A stretch of DNA of 64,000 bases from Macrostomum lignano (taxonomy: Eukaryota), in the NCBI GenBank assembly GCA_002269645.1, contig NIVC01000776.1:62001-126000 (forward strand), given 5' to 3'. The notes below the pieces were generated by a model, which ran no database searches, had not been told where the DNA came from, and saw nothing but the letters and a program-made list of their open reading frames with translations. Of the stretch, positions 12,476 through 24,350 are shown in pieces. Position numbers and translations under genes: made by a program. Position 1 is the first letter of the stretch, and every line of letters begins with the position of its first letter.

Positions 12476-15118
12476 TAGGGGGCGACCCAGTCCCGGGCCC
12501 GGGCCCGAAAAGTCGGGAATCCCGACCAAAATCGTGGCCCGACCCGGGCCCGGGCCCGACCCTAAAAAAGTTGGGAAATCGGGACAAGTCTTTTTTCCCT
12601 AAAGGCACTAACCGCGTGCGAATAAGAAAAAATTATTTTTCAACACATTCACACTAATTTACCCTTAATTCCAGCCCCAGGAAAATGCAACTGCAACTGC
12701 AAGGCATGACTGCATGAGGCATCTCTGTCTCTGGTCGGTCACTGACCTCACCTCGACCTCACCTGACCTGACTGTGAGCGGTCTGTGATTCTATGAAGCT
12801 GTCGGTCACTCACTGTCACTGGTGACTGGTGTCAGTCAAGCTCAAGCCTGTCTGCCCTGCCCCGGCTGTCCGTGAAGTTCAGTGATGTCTGGTGCTGCTC
12901 CCATCCCGATTCCCAATGTCCAGTCCAGGTCCAGGCTGCCAAGTCCGAGTGCCGATGCCGACTCCCGTTCCCGTTCCGTCACCGTCCTGAGTCTTGGACA
13001 GCTGGACTCCTGTCCTGAGTCCTGACTCCCACTCGAGCTTGAGTCAAGTAACCCACTCACTTAACTAAACAGTCAGATTCGAATTTTTGAGTGTACATGT
13101 ATGACAATAAAATTACATACTGTTCAAAATTGATGATACATATCATACAATATACATACAATATAGATATATATATATATATATATGTAATACTGATAGA
13201 CTGATAGTGATATCATATCTGATACCGATTTATTGAAATTGACATCGTAAAAGATTACTGACTTCTGAGTTTTGACTTTTTCCTTTTTTATCACTTTCGT
13301 TTCGTCTGGACTCCTGGAGTGGAGAAGAGAAGTTGAGTGGAGGCCGAGGCCCGAGGGTGGACTGGACTGGACTTTGAACTTTCTGGGCTCGTGGAGTGGA
13401 GTCGTATCGTGTCTGAGGCGTGAGTCGTGACTTGTGACTGATTCGTGATTCGCGAGTTTTGTTTTGACCGTGACGGTGACTCGTGATTGTGTAGTGACTC
13501 GTGAGTCGTGATCGTGACTCCATAAGTGACGGACTACAGACGGAGTGCTAAAAATTACAGCTATGACGCCTATGAGCTACAGGCTACAGCAGACAGACCA
13601 GAGTTGCATAAGTCATGACTTATGATTGATGACACGTTCACGTGCAAAAGACAAATGACTAAATGAATGAGTCAATTCCTCAAATGACAATTGCGTAAAA
13701 CTTTGATTTGACTAAAAAATTATTCGTAAAATTACACAAAATGGCAATGTAATTGTGCAAGCAAGGACTTTATTGATAAATTAAGGCAAGGCAAACGGCA
13801 AATAGTAATAGATTTAGTATATTTAGATGATATGATGTGAAGTAGCAATATCATTGATTCGTAGTAGGCTCTTAGCGTGAGCGTCTGTGACCGTGAGCGT
13901 CAGCCACAGCCAGTTTCCACTTTCCAGGAAGATAGGATTTTTTTCCAGGAAGATAAAATTAAAACATAGTTTTGCAATACTTTTTTGCAATATTGATTCC
14001 ACTTTACACGCTGCAGGCTGCAGCCTAAAAGCAAAAATATGATTCTTTAAAAAGTTTATTTGTCATTTTTAAGCTTTTGTAAATAACATTTCCTATTTAC
14101 ATTCCAAGAAGGCTACCATTTTTCCAAGAAGTTTGCTATCTATTAGAGTTTGTAATCGTGTTCATATTTGTATCGTAGGTAGTCGTAGTCGTAGACTTGT
14201 AGTATCGTATTCGTAATCATATTCGTTTAAGTAGGTAGGTGAGCAGGTAGGCAGGTATCAGCTAATTACTTGTATTTCCATTGTCTGTTTGCCTGTTCTG
14301 TTGAGACAGTTGAGTGTTGTGTTGTGTTGTCACTTCACTTGTGTTCTGTTCTGTTATCTTGTCTTGTTGTCTTACTGAATACTGACTGTGTACATGGCTC
14401 TTTACATTGAAGCTATGTAAAGGAACTAAAAATTCAAATAAAAGAATCAATCAATTGATTTGGTTCTTACTTCCTTACTGCTTCCAATGCCAAGTGCCTT
14501 ACACTTAATGCTTCAGCTTTTCTTCTTTTGCTTACTGCCACTGCCAGTGCCAGCCGCACTGCCGCAGTGACTGCTTGCCTACCTCACTGCTTGTTAGTAT
14601 CACTGTCACTGGCACACACACAGTACTTGTGCCACACACTCACACAGTGACATTGAATTTGAACTATTGAGTATATTGATATTTGAGTATTAAGTCTTTT
14701 AATGTAACTCTTATCTTATTCTGAAGTCTTAACTAATGTATTAAATAATAATAATATTTATTGTATATTTATTATATTTAAATTTAAATATGTATTATAT
14801 TTAATATAATATATTATATTTATTATATTTATATATTATTATATATTTAATATATTTATATATTATAATATATTTAATGTTTATCATATATTTATTATAC
14901 ATTTAATATATTATATTAAATTTAATATATTGATATATTTATTATATATTTAATAGTAATCCGCATATGCTAAAAGTATTAAGATTTATTATGATTTTTT
15001 TCCAATTATTGAGCTGTCCTAAAGATCTTGTCCCGAATTCCCGAGGCCCGACCCGGGCCCGAGTCCTCATTCCCGGGCCCGACCCGGGCCCGACTTTGGC
15101 CGTCCCGGTCGCCCCCTA
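12476..15118. mobile_element. Non-autonomous hAT DNA transposon (2643 bp)
   Basis: Perfect TIR TAGGGGGCGACC (12476-12487) / GGTCGCCCCCTA (15107-15118); perfect 8-bp TSD CAAACAAC (12468-12475 and 15119-15126); subterminal CCCGGGCCCG repeats at both ends; no transposase ORF. Confidence 0.92.
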
Positions 15119-16120
15119 CAAACAACACGCTAACTATTAAATATTTGGTTCTTTAAAACATTTGTACGATCATTATCTAAGAAAAAGTTCTGTTTAAAAT
15201 CTTTAAAAAACAAGATGACAAAAATGTTAACAAATCTTAAATAATTTGAATCTATATGAGCTGGAAATGTAGTTTGCAAAATGTGTTACCTGATTTTCTA
15301 CAACTTATTTACAATTAAAGCAATTTACAGACACACAGACATCTGGAATAACCCACCATTGACTTCACCGATAAGTCCGTGGTTAAATTATTTGATTTAT
15401 TTCCCTTCTCGAATCGAATTCGTCGAATCTGAAAAACCTTTTGCTTTATTCGAAAAACTTTATTCGATAAAACGATAGAAAACAGCGAGAAAGCAGTTTC
15501 AATGTCAGAAAAAATGTAACTGAACTGTGGTACACTTTTCACTGTATCTACAGATGTACATGTACATAGTCTAGGGGACGAATTGATAGGCGCTTGCATT
15601 TGTTGTACGATTATTTAATGCGTCGCAAACAGTAATTTTATTGATTCTTAGATTATGGTTGCGGTCAGAGACAACAGACTCAATTGAACCATATCGTCCA
15701 TATGATCTACATATGGTATTTATTTAGTTGCCAAAGCCACCTTTCGCAGTTGCTAATGTATACCTACGTGTAATAGTATGTATGAAATTACATCTCGCTA
15801 GCACTTGAATGCGATAGTGGAAGAGATTCCGCTTGCTTGTTACAGAGTGGTGCTTCTTCAACTTAGTCAATCATAATGTCGATTGCATGGTCATTGGACT
15901 CCATCCATTCACAGTTGTTGCGCTTCGTTATCCAATGTTTTTCAATCTTGTTAACTTTTTGGCTTCTAATTTAAGAACTCTTTACACAGTGTGTAAATTT
16001 AAATTATAGCACATCATTTTTTCGCACTAAAGCTCGTAAAAGTACGTTTACTGGCTTTTGAAAAATACAAAATACCGGCTGAACGGCCTTAACTACGTCT
16101 GAAATCTCTGATTGTCAGTG

Positions 16121-17285
16121 CTAATTCAAAGGGTTGGTGTTTATACCTTGGGTTACGGCGGATTTAAATCTGAAAACCATGACGCCGTGGCTCTCAGGCC
16201 TGCTGCCCAGAGCTTGCACTTCAAAGTAGACTACAATGCACTCATTGGACAAGGCCGTGATGAAGCGCGGAACTCGCACTGCGCCATTATTGACGTCGAT
16301 GAAGCTGGCCTCGTCTCGACCGCGGAACTTCACAATAACACCAGAGCTGCTAGAGGCATCCTTACTGCGGCGAAAGCGAACCCGATAGGTGTACATCGCT
16401 TTGTCCGCAGAGCTTATGCCTATGAGTGTCGCCTTTGACTGCTGACTGCCGGCCTGCGGCAGTACGACAACTCCGTCAAGCGCCGATGGTCTGTAATGTT
16501 TCTGCATCTGCACTCGGAAAGGGAGGTTAAGTGCTTGGCTTGACGAATGCTAGTAAAACTGCATCCTCTAGGAGCGAGAGATTATCAGATAAACTACGAG
16601 CTACTTAGATCAAATGGGGCCTCACCGCATCGCTTAAAGTCTGCTGAGTGCCCGTCACAACCTTCTTGCTTACGGCCACCCTAGAAATTTTGAACACGCG
16701 ACCGTCTTCCAATCGGTAGCAGATGCCGCAGGGCTGCAGACCGTCTCTAACTTCGCTGTTGGCCACGAAGAGGGTGCTGGAAAAGACGCAGAGCCCGCTG
16801 GGAACAATCTGCTGGGTCACATCCAGCCTCCGGCTGCGCTCAAACTCCATGTAGGGCATGCACAGCACGGACTTGGTGGCGGCGTCGCATACAAAGAAGC
16901 TGTCACTGGCGGCGTCGAAGGCGGCTCCGCCAACTTTGCAAGGGAGTTCGCACCGGTAGACCACCTGGCCGGTGCAGTGCCGCACCATGCTTAGACTGTT
17001 CCCATGACAACACAGCATAATGTTGTACGGCGTGAGCGCAATATGCGACGTCTGTACGTTCAAGTAGCGAAACACCTCGCTAAAGATGACCCGGGTAGCC
17101 TGGCTGGCCTCTACGGAGCCCGGAGGCGGCAGATTGCTCTGACGGAACCGGAGACCATCATCGCCGGCTGCCTCCACCAGCAGGTTGAACTTGGCGTCGA
17201 ATGCGATGGAGGCGCACTTGTTCACCGGCTGCACCGAGATGAGGTGCAGCGCATCCGCCCCGCTGATGCCTCCGCCCGTTGCCAT
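16121..17285 (-). CDS. Beta-propeller protein (NHL/SMP-30-gluconolactonase-like blades), about 348 aa, 2 exons
   Basis: Exons 17285-16626 and 16507-16121 (phase 0, GCG|GTGAG...GCAG|ATG). Blade-like motifs GGAAFDAASDSFFVCD and PSGLCVFSSTLFVAN. Family assignment is tentative. Confidence 0.65.
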
Positions 17286-17913
17286 CGCAAGCTGAGCACT
17301 AGAATAATCACGACAAGCCTAAGCAACTAGAGATTACAGAGAGCAAAAAAGTCTCAAGGCTACTAAGACAGAATGAGGCTTGGCCATAGAAGTCTCTTGA
17401 AACTTCTGTTGGATCTGTTATGGTCTCTCGTAGTCCATCCATTCGGCCCATTTGTCACTTGCAGTAGGCAAATTGCCACTTGTTACTTTTAATTCGTTCT
17501 TTAAGCTGGGCTAAGACTTACAAACTAAGAAAAGTATTGCGATCCGACTCATATAAGTGTTGCAAAGCCTCAAATTAACTATTTCAATTGAACTCGCATG
17601 AAAAAATACTGTTTACGAATATTTCAATGAGTTTATTTGAACCAGGAGCAAGTGCAATTAAAAGTTACTTTTGGCAGCATATTATAACATTTTTATGCTT
17701 CTATTTAGCAATATTTTTCGCAATAAATTTCTCTGCAATCGCGCGGTACTGCAGTCGCTAAAAGTGGTACAAGAAAACTTTTTGAGAAGTTTTTAACTAC
17801 AGTATACTGGTCGGTCCATTGTGTAGATAGTTTAAAATCAGCACAAAACAATAGTTGAATATTTATCAATCTTCAGTTCAGGGACACCCAATGTACAGGT
17901 GGCGTCTCGCACG

Positions 17914-20203
17914 CTAATTCTCGGCCTGCAACAGGTAGGTGTCCTTGGTGCGCCGATTCTTCAGCGAGTACACCTGCTGGCAGGCGAACTCGTCAGACTC
18001 CACCACCCTGGCCAGGTGACGGTTGAGGAAAACCCCGTCCAGATCGATGAGTTTCCTCCTGATCATATCCTTGAATTGGGCCAGGTCTTCGGTGTACACC
18101 TTCTTCAACATGGCGTGGCTACCCTCGACGAAGGCCCAATTGGAGCTCCAGTGTGGCCGGGCGCCCTCGACTCCGCGCAGGTCCATCTCCAGGTCGAGCA
18201 CAAAGTCACCAATGAGGTCGGTCTCAGCGTCAGAGTCCGCCTGCGGCAGCATCAGCACGTTAATCGCGCAAGTGCGCCCCGTGCCGCCCTTGGTCGGATG
18301 GGCGCAGTGCCCCGGCGCCATCAGCGCGTCGCTGGCCCGGGCGAAGGAGACGCAGAGGCAGCAGTTCAGCGGGAACTGGCCGCGCTTCTTGTACTCCTGC
18401 ACGCGTTCCGCTACCAGGCCGACACAGCGCACGGTGTTGTTGAATTCCTTGCCGGCATCAAACACGTACTCGACGTTTTTCAGTCCGGCCGGGTACGTAT
18501 CCGGCCGCATCCAGTTGATGCCCCAGCTCACGTGCTGCTGGTACTCTGAGTGCGCCGGTTGCTGCCGGCGATGCCGCCGGTGCGTGCGGCGCAGCGAGTC
18601 CACGGGGTCGCCCAGCAGGCAGCCGGTCTCAGGATCCAGCAGCGCCGGGTCGATCAGGTCGAACTCCCGCTTTGCCTGCGAAGGCAGCTGGCAGGTGTTC
18701 AGGTAGCGGCAAAACACCTCGTCGCGATTCGGCGTCCAATCGTCCAGGCTGTACAGCTCCGGCGGCGGAGTCCGCTGGCGGCTGGCGGCCGACTCCTGTA
18801 GCTCCGCCTCGCTATTTACCTCGTCTGCTGTCTGCTCAACCTCTTGCTGGTCTTCGTCTTGTTGTTCGTCCTCTTTTTCCTCCTCTTTTTCAGTCGCACC
18901 TTCTTCTCGCTCCTCTTCACCGTCTTTCTTTTTCTCTTCACCAGCTTCAGCGTCCTGCTCCGCCCCCGGCACCGGGTCCTCGGCTCCCCGCACGCTGTTG
19001 AACGGGAACCAGTAGACGCTGACGTTCTGGTTGCGCGCAAGCATTTCTTCGATCGCCTCTGGGTTGAGCAGCACCTCCTCCAGCGGCTTGAACTCGGTGG
19101 TGACGCTCACAGTGAAGTTCTTCTGCACCTGGAATGTGGCATCGTACACCACGCCGAACATTCCAAGGTGGCACTGCGCGCCAGAGAACAGGTCCCGCTT
19201 CTCGCGGCGCCGGGCGTCGCTGGCGTCGACTGCCTCGCTGTCGTCCACCATGCAGCGGTAGTGCTTCAGGCGGCCGTCAGCGTCCACAATGCGAATGTCG
19301 GTGATGAAGTCGCTGATGGCGGAGTGGGCTGGCGCGTCGCCGGCAGCTCCTGTCATGGCCAGCTCCACCTGTTGCGAAGGATTCGAGGCAGCTGTATACG
19401 AAGCTGATGCGGCTTGTAAATAATGCTTGCTAGAATACAGGAAAAATTGTTTGAGCCACCGAAGCCATAAAGGAGTGTGTTCCAAGCTGACTTAGACTTT
19501 TGGAGTTTACGAACTACTAGGTTGCTCTTGTTAAACTCGTTTTAATCAACTAGCGGGATTATAAAACTAATTGCTTTTGACAGCTCAGTCAGGGAGAACC
19601 GATAGTCTCGCTGAAGTTCATAATTCAGTGGAAACTGATGCAGACGCCATCAAGCTCTAAATTTGTTGGTTGAAAACAAGCGTTACCATGGTAGCCTGAG
19701 GCGAATCCGGCAGGCTGGGCAGGCAGAGGTCCCTGGACAGACAGAACTCGTTGAATTCGCGCACCGTGACGCCCGGCTTGACCGTCACCAGCCGGGCGCC
19801 GCTGTCGCCGCTTCCCGGCAGCAGGACGATTCGCTCCTCGTCGGCGATGAAGTCGGTATCGACGATCACGTCGAAATCGTCGGTCGCCAGGCAGGCCGGC
19901 GCGTTGCCCGAGCGAACTCGAAGACCGAGGGTGCGGGCGGCGCGCACAAGACGGGTGATCTCGCTGAGCGAAGACACCTGAGGTTGAGGAGAGTCAGGGG
20001 ACAGAGGGTGCAGATTCGAGGGCAAAAACGTTTGTCATCCCCACGAATCCTCCAGATCGTGTTCTTTTTCGCCCGCACATCACAGCACGAACGCTCACCT
20101 GAGAGTAGAGTACCTGCTGGGAGCCCAGCCGCCTCGTGTGCACCTTCGGCAGGAGGCCGATGCGGGCCTGGAGCTCATCGCGCAGGCTTACCTGCTCCGA
20201 CAT
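17914..20203 (-). CDS. L-gulonolactone oxidase / D-arabinono-1,4-lactone oxidase (FAD_binding_4 + ALO)-like protein with degenerate catalytic motifs, about 616 aa
   Basis: Exons 20203-20099, 19977-19687, 19368-17914, all phase 0; the first exon/start is less certain. Family motifs: SLSEITRLVRAA, VTVKPGVTVREF, ISDFITDIRIVDADG, DLFSGAQCHLGMFGVVYDATFQV, GARPHW, DLDGVFLN. Contains an acidic insertion of about 80 aa. Confidence 0.8.
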
Positions 20204-21301
20204 GGGGCTGCAGTGTGTAGTTCGGATGTGTGAGTCTCAAACTGATTTTCCTCTCGCTATAATCTCAGCAAGCAGGCTTTTGAGTAGTGGAGCACTGAGC
20301 GGCTCGAGGCGGAGTGAGCTCTTCATTCTCAGCCTCTCTTGCCATCTGTTGTCAGGGGAAACCGGGGTGATGTACGTTCTCTCTCAAGATCTGTGTGCGC
20401 CGGTGTGCAGCGTCTCTGCAACAATGGCTTCGAGCCCACCCCACCCCGGTGCAGAGCCCGAGCTCTCGCCTTTGAGTCTGTTGTCTGGCGCACACATGAA
20501 TGCAAGAGATGCTCTCAGTTGGCTTCGAACACAGTTTAGTCCAAGCATTGGCCAACTTCTGTCTGTCTTTACTCTGCGCTTTCTCTTTTTCTTTGAGTAC
20601 CGTTTGAATTGTGTTGCGCGGCTTCTGCTTTTGCCCAAACTGCCGGAGCCGGAGAGTCAGCTGCATGCTCGCAGTCGGGTCAGGCAAACATGCCGCCAAG
20701 CTATTTACTCCTTTAAAAAGTGCTGAAAAGTACATTTTCAAATAAAAACAGACATTAAGTCTGACTTATTCATACCAGGCAATTATCATACCATCATTCA
20801 GTTTGGTTTTACTTGATATTGTATAGTAAATTATAATAAATAGTCCTATAATAACTTTTTTAGTTACGTTAATGCTCCTCAGAGACAATTCTCGCGACTT
20901 ACTTCTGAGACCTTCAGCTGAGTGCAGATGCTTTACATGGGGGTATAAGAACCAATAAATAACCTGAAATTTGGGCCGAAACTAGCGTAAGAATCAGACC
21001 CTTTGCACACAAAAGGTAGGAGCGCATATATAATTGAAACCAATGAATTCTCCAGTGATTTCTCAGAATTTCACTTCACAGAAAGGTGTATGCATCTCGA
21101 TTTATTGGTTCTCTGGTCGGGTGGCTGAGGGTCAGCTCTGTAATTTCCTATACACCTGCCTCTACCTCCGGTGAGTGTTTAGGTATTTCGAATCGTGCAG
21201 GAGGAAAAATGAAATTTATTTTATATAAAATAAACAAGAGATCAGTTTGAATCATTAAGTCAGGCGGATCATCCGCAGAGCGCAGTCTGGGAGGGAGTCT
21301 C

Positions 21302-21850
21302 TCAGCCCGACTTGTTGGTGACGGTGATGTTGCTGAAGAACATGCCGCAGGCTGCGCAGCAGGGCCCGAAGCAGCACTCTAGCATGACGGTGACGAATCG
21401 CTTGATGCAGCGCATCTGCAGCTCGAACAGCTTGCAGTTCGGCGTCATGTACCAGATCTCGTTGAAGGCCACGCAGCCGAAGGTGCAGCCCCAGTGCAGG
21501 GCGATGAAGATGCCGCAGAACAGGGTGGCGATCTTGTAGGACAGCGACAGGCCGCAGGTGTAGCACTTGTAGCTGTTGCTCCACACGCAGTCCATGGAGT
21601 GGGCGCCATCGGGCTCGGCCAGGACGTCCTCGAATTTCACCTGGAAGAGAATTTGCGGATGGGTTCGAGATAAAGTATTTGGATAGCGACTGACTGAGTA
21701 CATGGATATCAAGGACCACTAGAAGTTACCACTGTATAACACCGTTACTCTCTACTGGTCCTTGATTGGTACTTTCTAGCGCCTTCTCACCTGCAGACCC
21801 TGGTTGATCCCGTTGGGATCCCGGTTGACCATGTCCAGCTCGGCGGCCAT
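21302..21850 (-). CDS. cav: Caveolin (copy A), 132 aa
   Basis: Exons 21850-21791 (MAAELDMVNRDPNGINQGLQ) and 21640-21302; signature FEDVLAEP; RDP motif; hydrophobic intramembrane segment. Confidence 0.93.
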
Positions 21851-21978
21851 TGCCTTCTGTGTGTCTTCCTGTGCCAGAATGGAACCACGGACTCGGAACC
21901 TGATGCCTCTTTCTAGAGCGAACTGAGCGAGTTGGCGGCGCGGCTGCGGGCATCCACAAGGAGGGAGGCGCTCCGGCA

Positions 21979-21984
21979 TTTATA
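21979..21984 (-). promoter_or_regulatory. Candidate TATA box of caveolin A
   Basis: TATAAA on the minus strand about 130 nt upstream of the ATG; motif and position only. Confidence 0.35.
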
Positions 21985-23862
21985 CAGACAGCTGCGGTGG
22001 CCATAGAGACGCGCTGACGCCCTGAGCCCTGTTGTTGCGCTGCCCAGGGTCAGCGTTGCCATTGGAAACTGCAATGCCTGAGCGAGGAGGGGAGCTCAGC
22101 TGCTCCGCACGGCCCACTGGCCCATTCTGAAACAATTCACCCGGTGATGTGAAAATCTCAGAGCGCTATGCACGCTCGTGTGTGCGTCTCAGCTCTCGTT
22201 GTCAATGGCAACAGAGATTTAATGGGACAGGTCACTAGTCTATTGTAGTCTAAGAATTCCCTAACATCAGCCACTGTCTGCCGCTGTCCACTGCTGCATG
22301 GCAATGTAGCAGCTTGCAAAAAAATCAACACAGCTCGTAGCTTTTACTAAATTTTTTTCCGGCTAAGTTTTAGCCAAACTTTATACAAGCACATGTGTTC
22401 CATTGTCCTTGTTCATTTTTAACTGTGTATTCAGCAAAGACCAACTCTTTGCGAATTTAGGTTCAACGACTGCTCAAGCATTCTCAAGCTGCTCAAAGCG
22501 TTTTGTTTAAAACCGATCAAATTCGTGAACAACATGCCGAATCGAGAATGGTATCATTAGTTCAAACGGCTCTTTATTGAATAGAAGATTGTTGTGGGTT
22601 TATCCCGGTAAACAGAGTTTTATCTCAATTAAAGTTGATGGATTGACTGTGTGGGCGAGCTTAGGGGAACAGCGCTTTGGTAGGCAGTATCAGTCGGGGA
22701 AGGAATTGCAGTCCTCATCTCCGTACGCAGCCTCCAGCCCCTACATGCGGATGTTGCCAATGCCAACCATCTCGGACTTGGGGCATCGCCAGTCCTGTTG
22801 CATTATTAAATTGCGGGACAGGGCTACCCCTCTTCACTTCAGCAGCCCCTCTAACCTCCATGGCCGCAAGCCCGCTGCCGGCCTCCACCCTAGCGGATGA
22901 GAGATGCGCTGAGCCACTGTTACGACGTAGAGCTTGTGAATAAAAGATTGCCTTGTGCAACACTGAGCAGCGCCATTGTTTCAATCGCCTTCCCTTCCTA
23001 ACAAAGGGGAGAAGACTGGCGGAGCTGGGGGCAGGGAGTAGCATAGAGATTCTAAGCGACCCTCTCTTGAAAAGCTGGGACCGTTTCTATGGCAACCAGT
23101 TTGGAGGGGCCACGCGCTGCTTTCTACCCGCCTCTCCCCCTCCCTGCACGAAGACAGAGTAGGGCACAGAAGCTTTGCAGCACTGGGCGAGTCGTAGAAA
23201 AATGCTAACCTGGGGTACTCCTGTCTCTGGGCGATGGCCTGGCACAGAAATCAGCATGAGTTTTGCATTTCTTCGATTCTTTCCTTAAAATACAGCAGAA
23301 TTTCCTGGCCCAATCAAAAGGATCAATCAAAGCGACGAGTCTGTCAAAGATAGTTCAGTGGCAGATGAGTTACAAGAAGTATTCAATTATATATTTACTT
23401 AATTTTTGAATCACGCTGTCTGGCGGGAATCCTGCGGTTGAGCAGGAACCATTGGATATTAATCGGTTAAAGTTACTGTGAAATAGCTCGTAGATTTATT
23501 GCTGCTTCTTTTAGCATTGCTTGAGGCGAGTAATTTGCTCGGGGAATGCGACTAAAGTTGTAGCCCTTCGAAGCTGGCGGTGACAGCACAGCGGCAGTCA
23601 ATAGGGATCACCCGAGCAACTGAGAACCAAAAATCCCAAGCAGATTACTCGCATCCCCGTGAGCGAATTATCGCATAATTTTTCTTTATTTTTACTCTGG
23701 GGCAGGCTAAGGGCATTGGTTTGAGGCAAGAGGCAGGGCAGAAGGCTGCTAAAAGCCTTCAGAGTTCGATGGTTGATATTGGGCACAAAAGTACGGAAAA
23801 GCATCCTAGTTCAACTAATAAGTCAGTGAGTCAACAGTTCAGACTCTTTCAGGCTGGTGGTG

Positions 23863-24350
23863 TCAGCCCGACTTGTTGGTGACGGTGACGTTGCTGAAGA
23901 ACATGCCGCAGGTGGCGCAGCAGGGTCCGAGGCAGCATTCCATCATGGTAGTGAAGAACCTCTTGAAGCAGGACATCTGGATCTCGAACAGCTTGCAGTT
24001 CGGCGTCACGTACCAGATCTGGTTGAAGGCCAAGCAGCCAAAGGTGCAGCCCCAGTGCAGGGCGATGAAGATGCCGCACAGCAGGGTGGCGATCTTGTAG
24101 GACAGCGACAGGCCGCAGGTGTAGCACTTGTAGCTGTTGCTCCACACGCAGTCCATGGAGTGGGCGCCATCGGGCTCGGCCAGCACGTCCTCGAATTTCA
24201 CCTGTCGATTGGGGTGAGCAAAAATGAAACCAATTGGCTGATTGGGGAAACATTTTGAGTCAAGCTGTCAAGGAGATTGGGGTGCTGGCTCACCTGAATG
24301 GAGCCATTGATGCCATTGGGGTCGCGGTTGACGAGATCGATTTCGGCCAT
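23863..24350 (-). CDS. cav: Caveolin (copy B), 131 aa
   Basis: Exons 24350-24294 (MAEIDLVNRDPNGINGSIQ) and 24201-23863; FEDVLAEP signature; same intron position as copy A. An upstream in-frame ATG (ORF to 24584) could extend the N-terminus. Confidence 0.93.
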
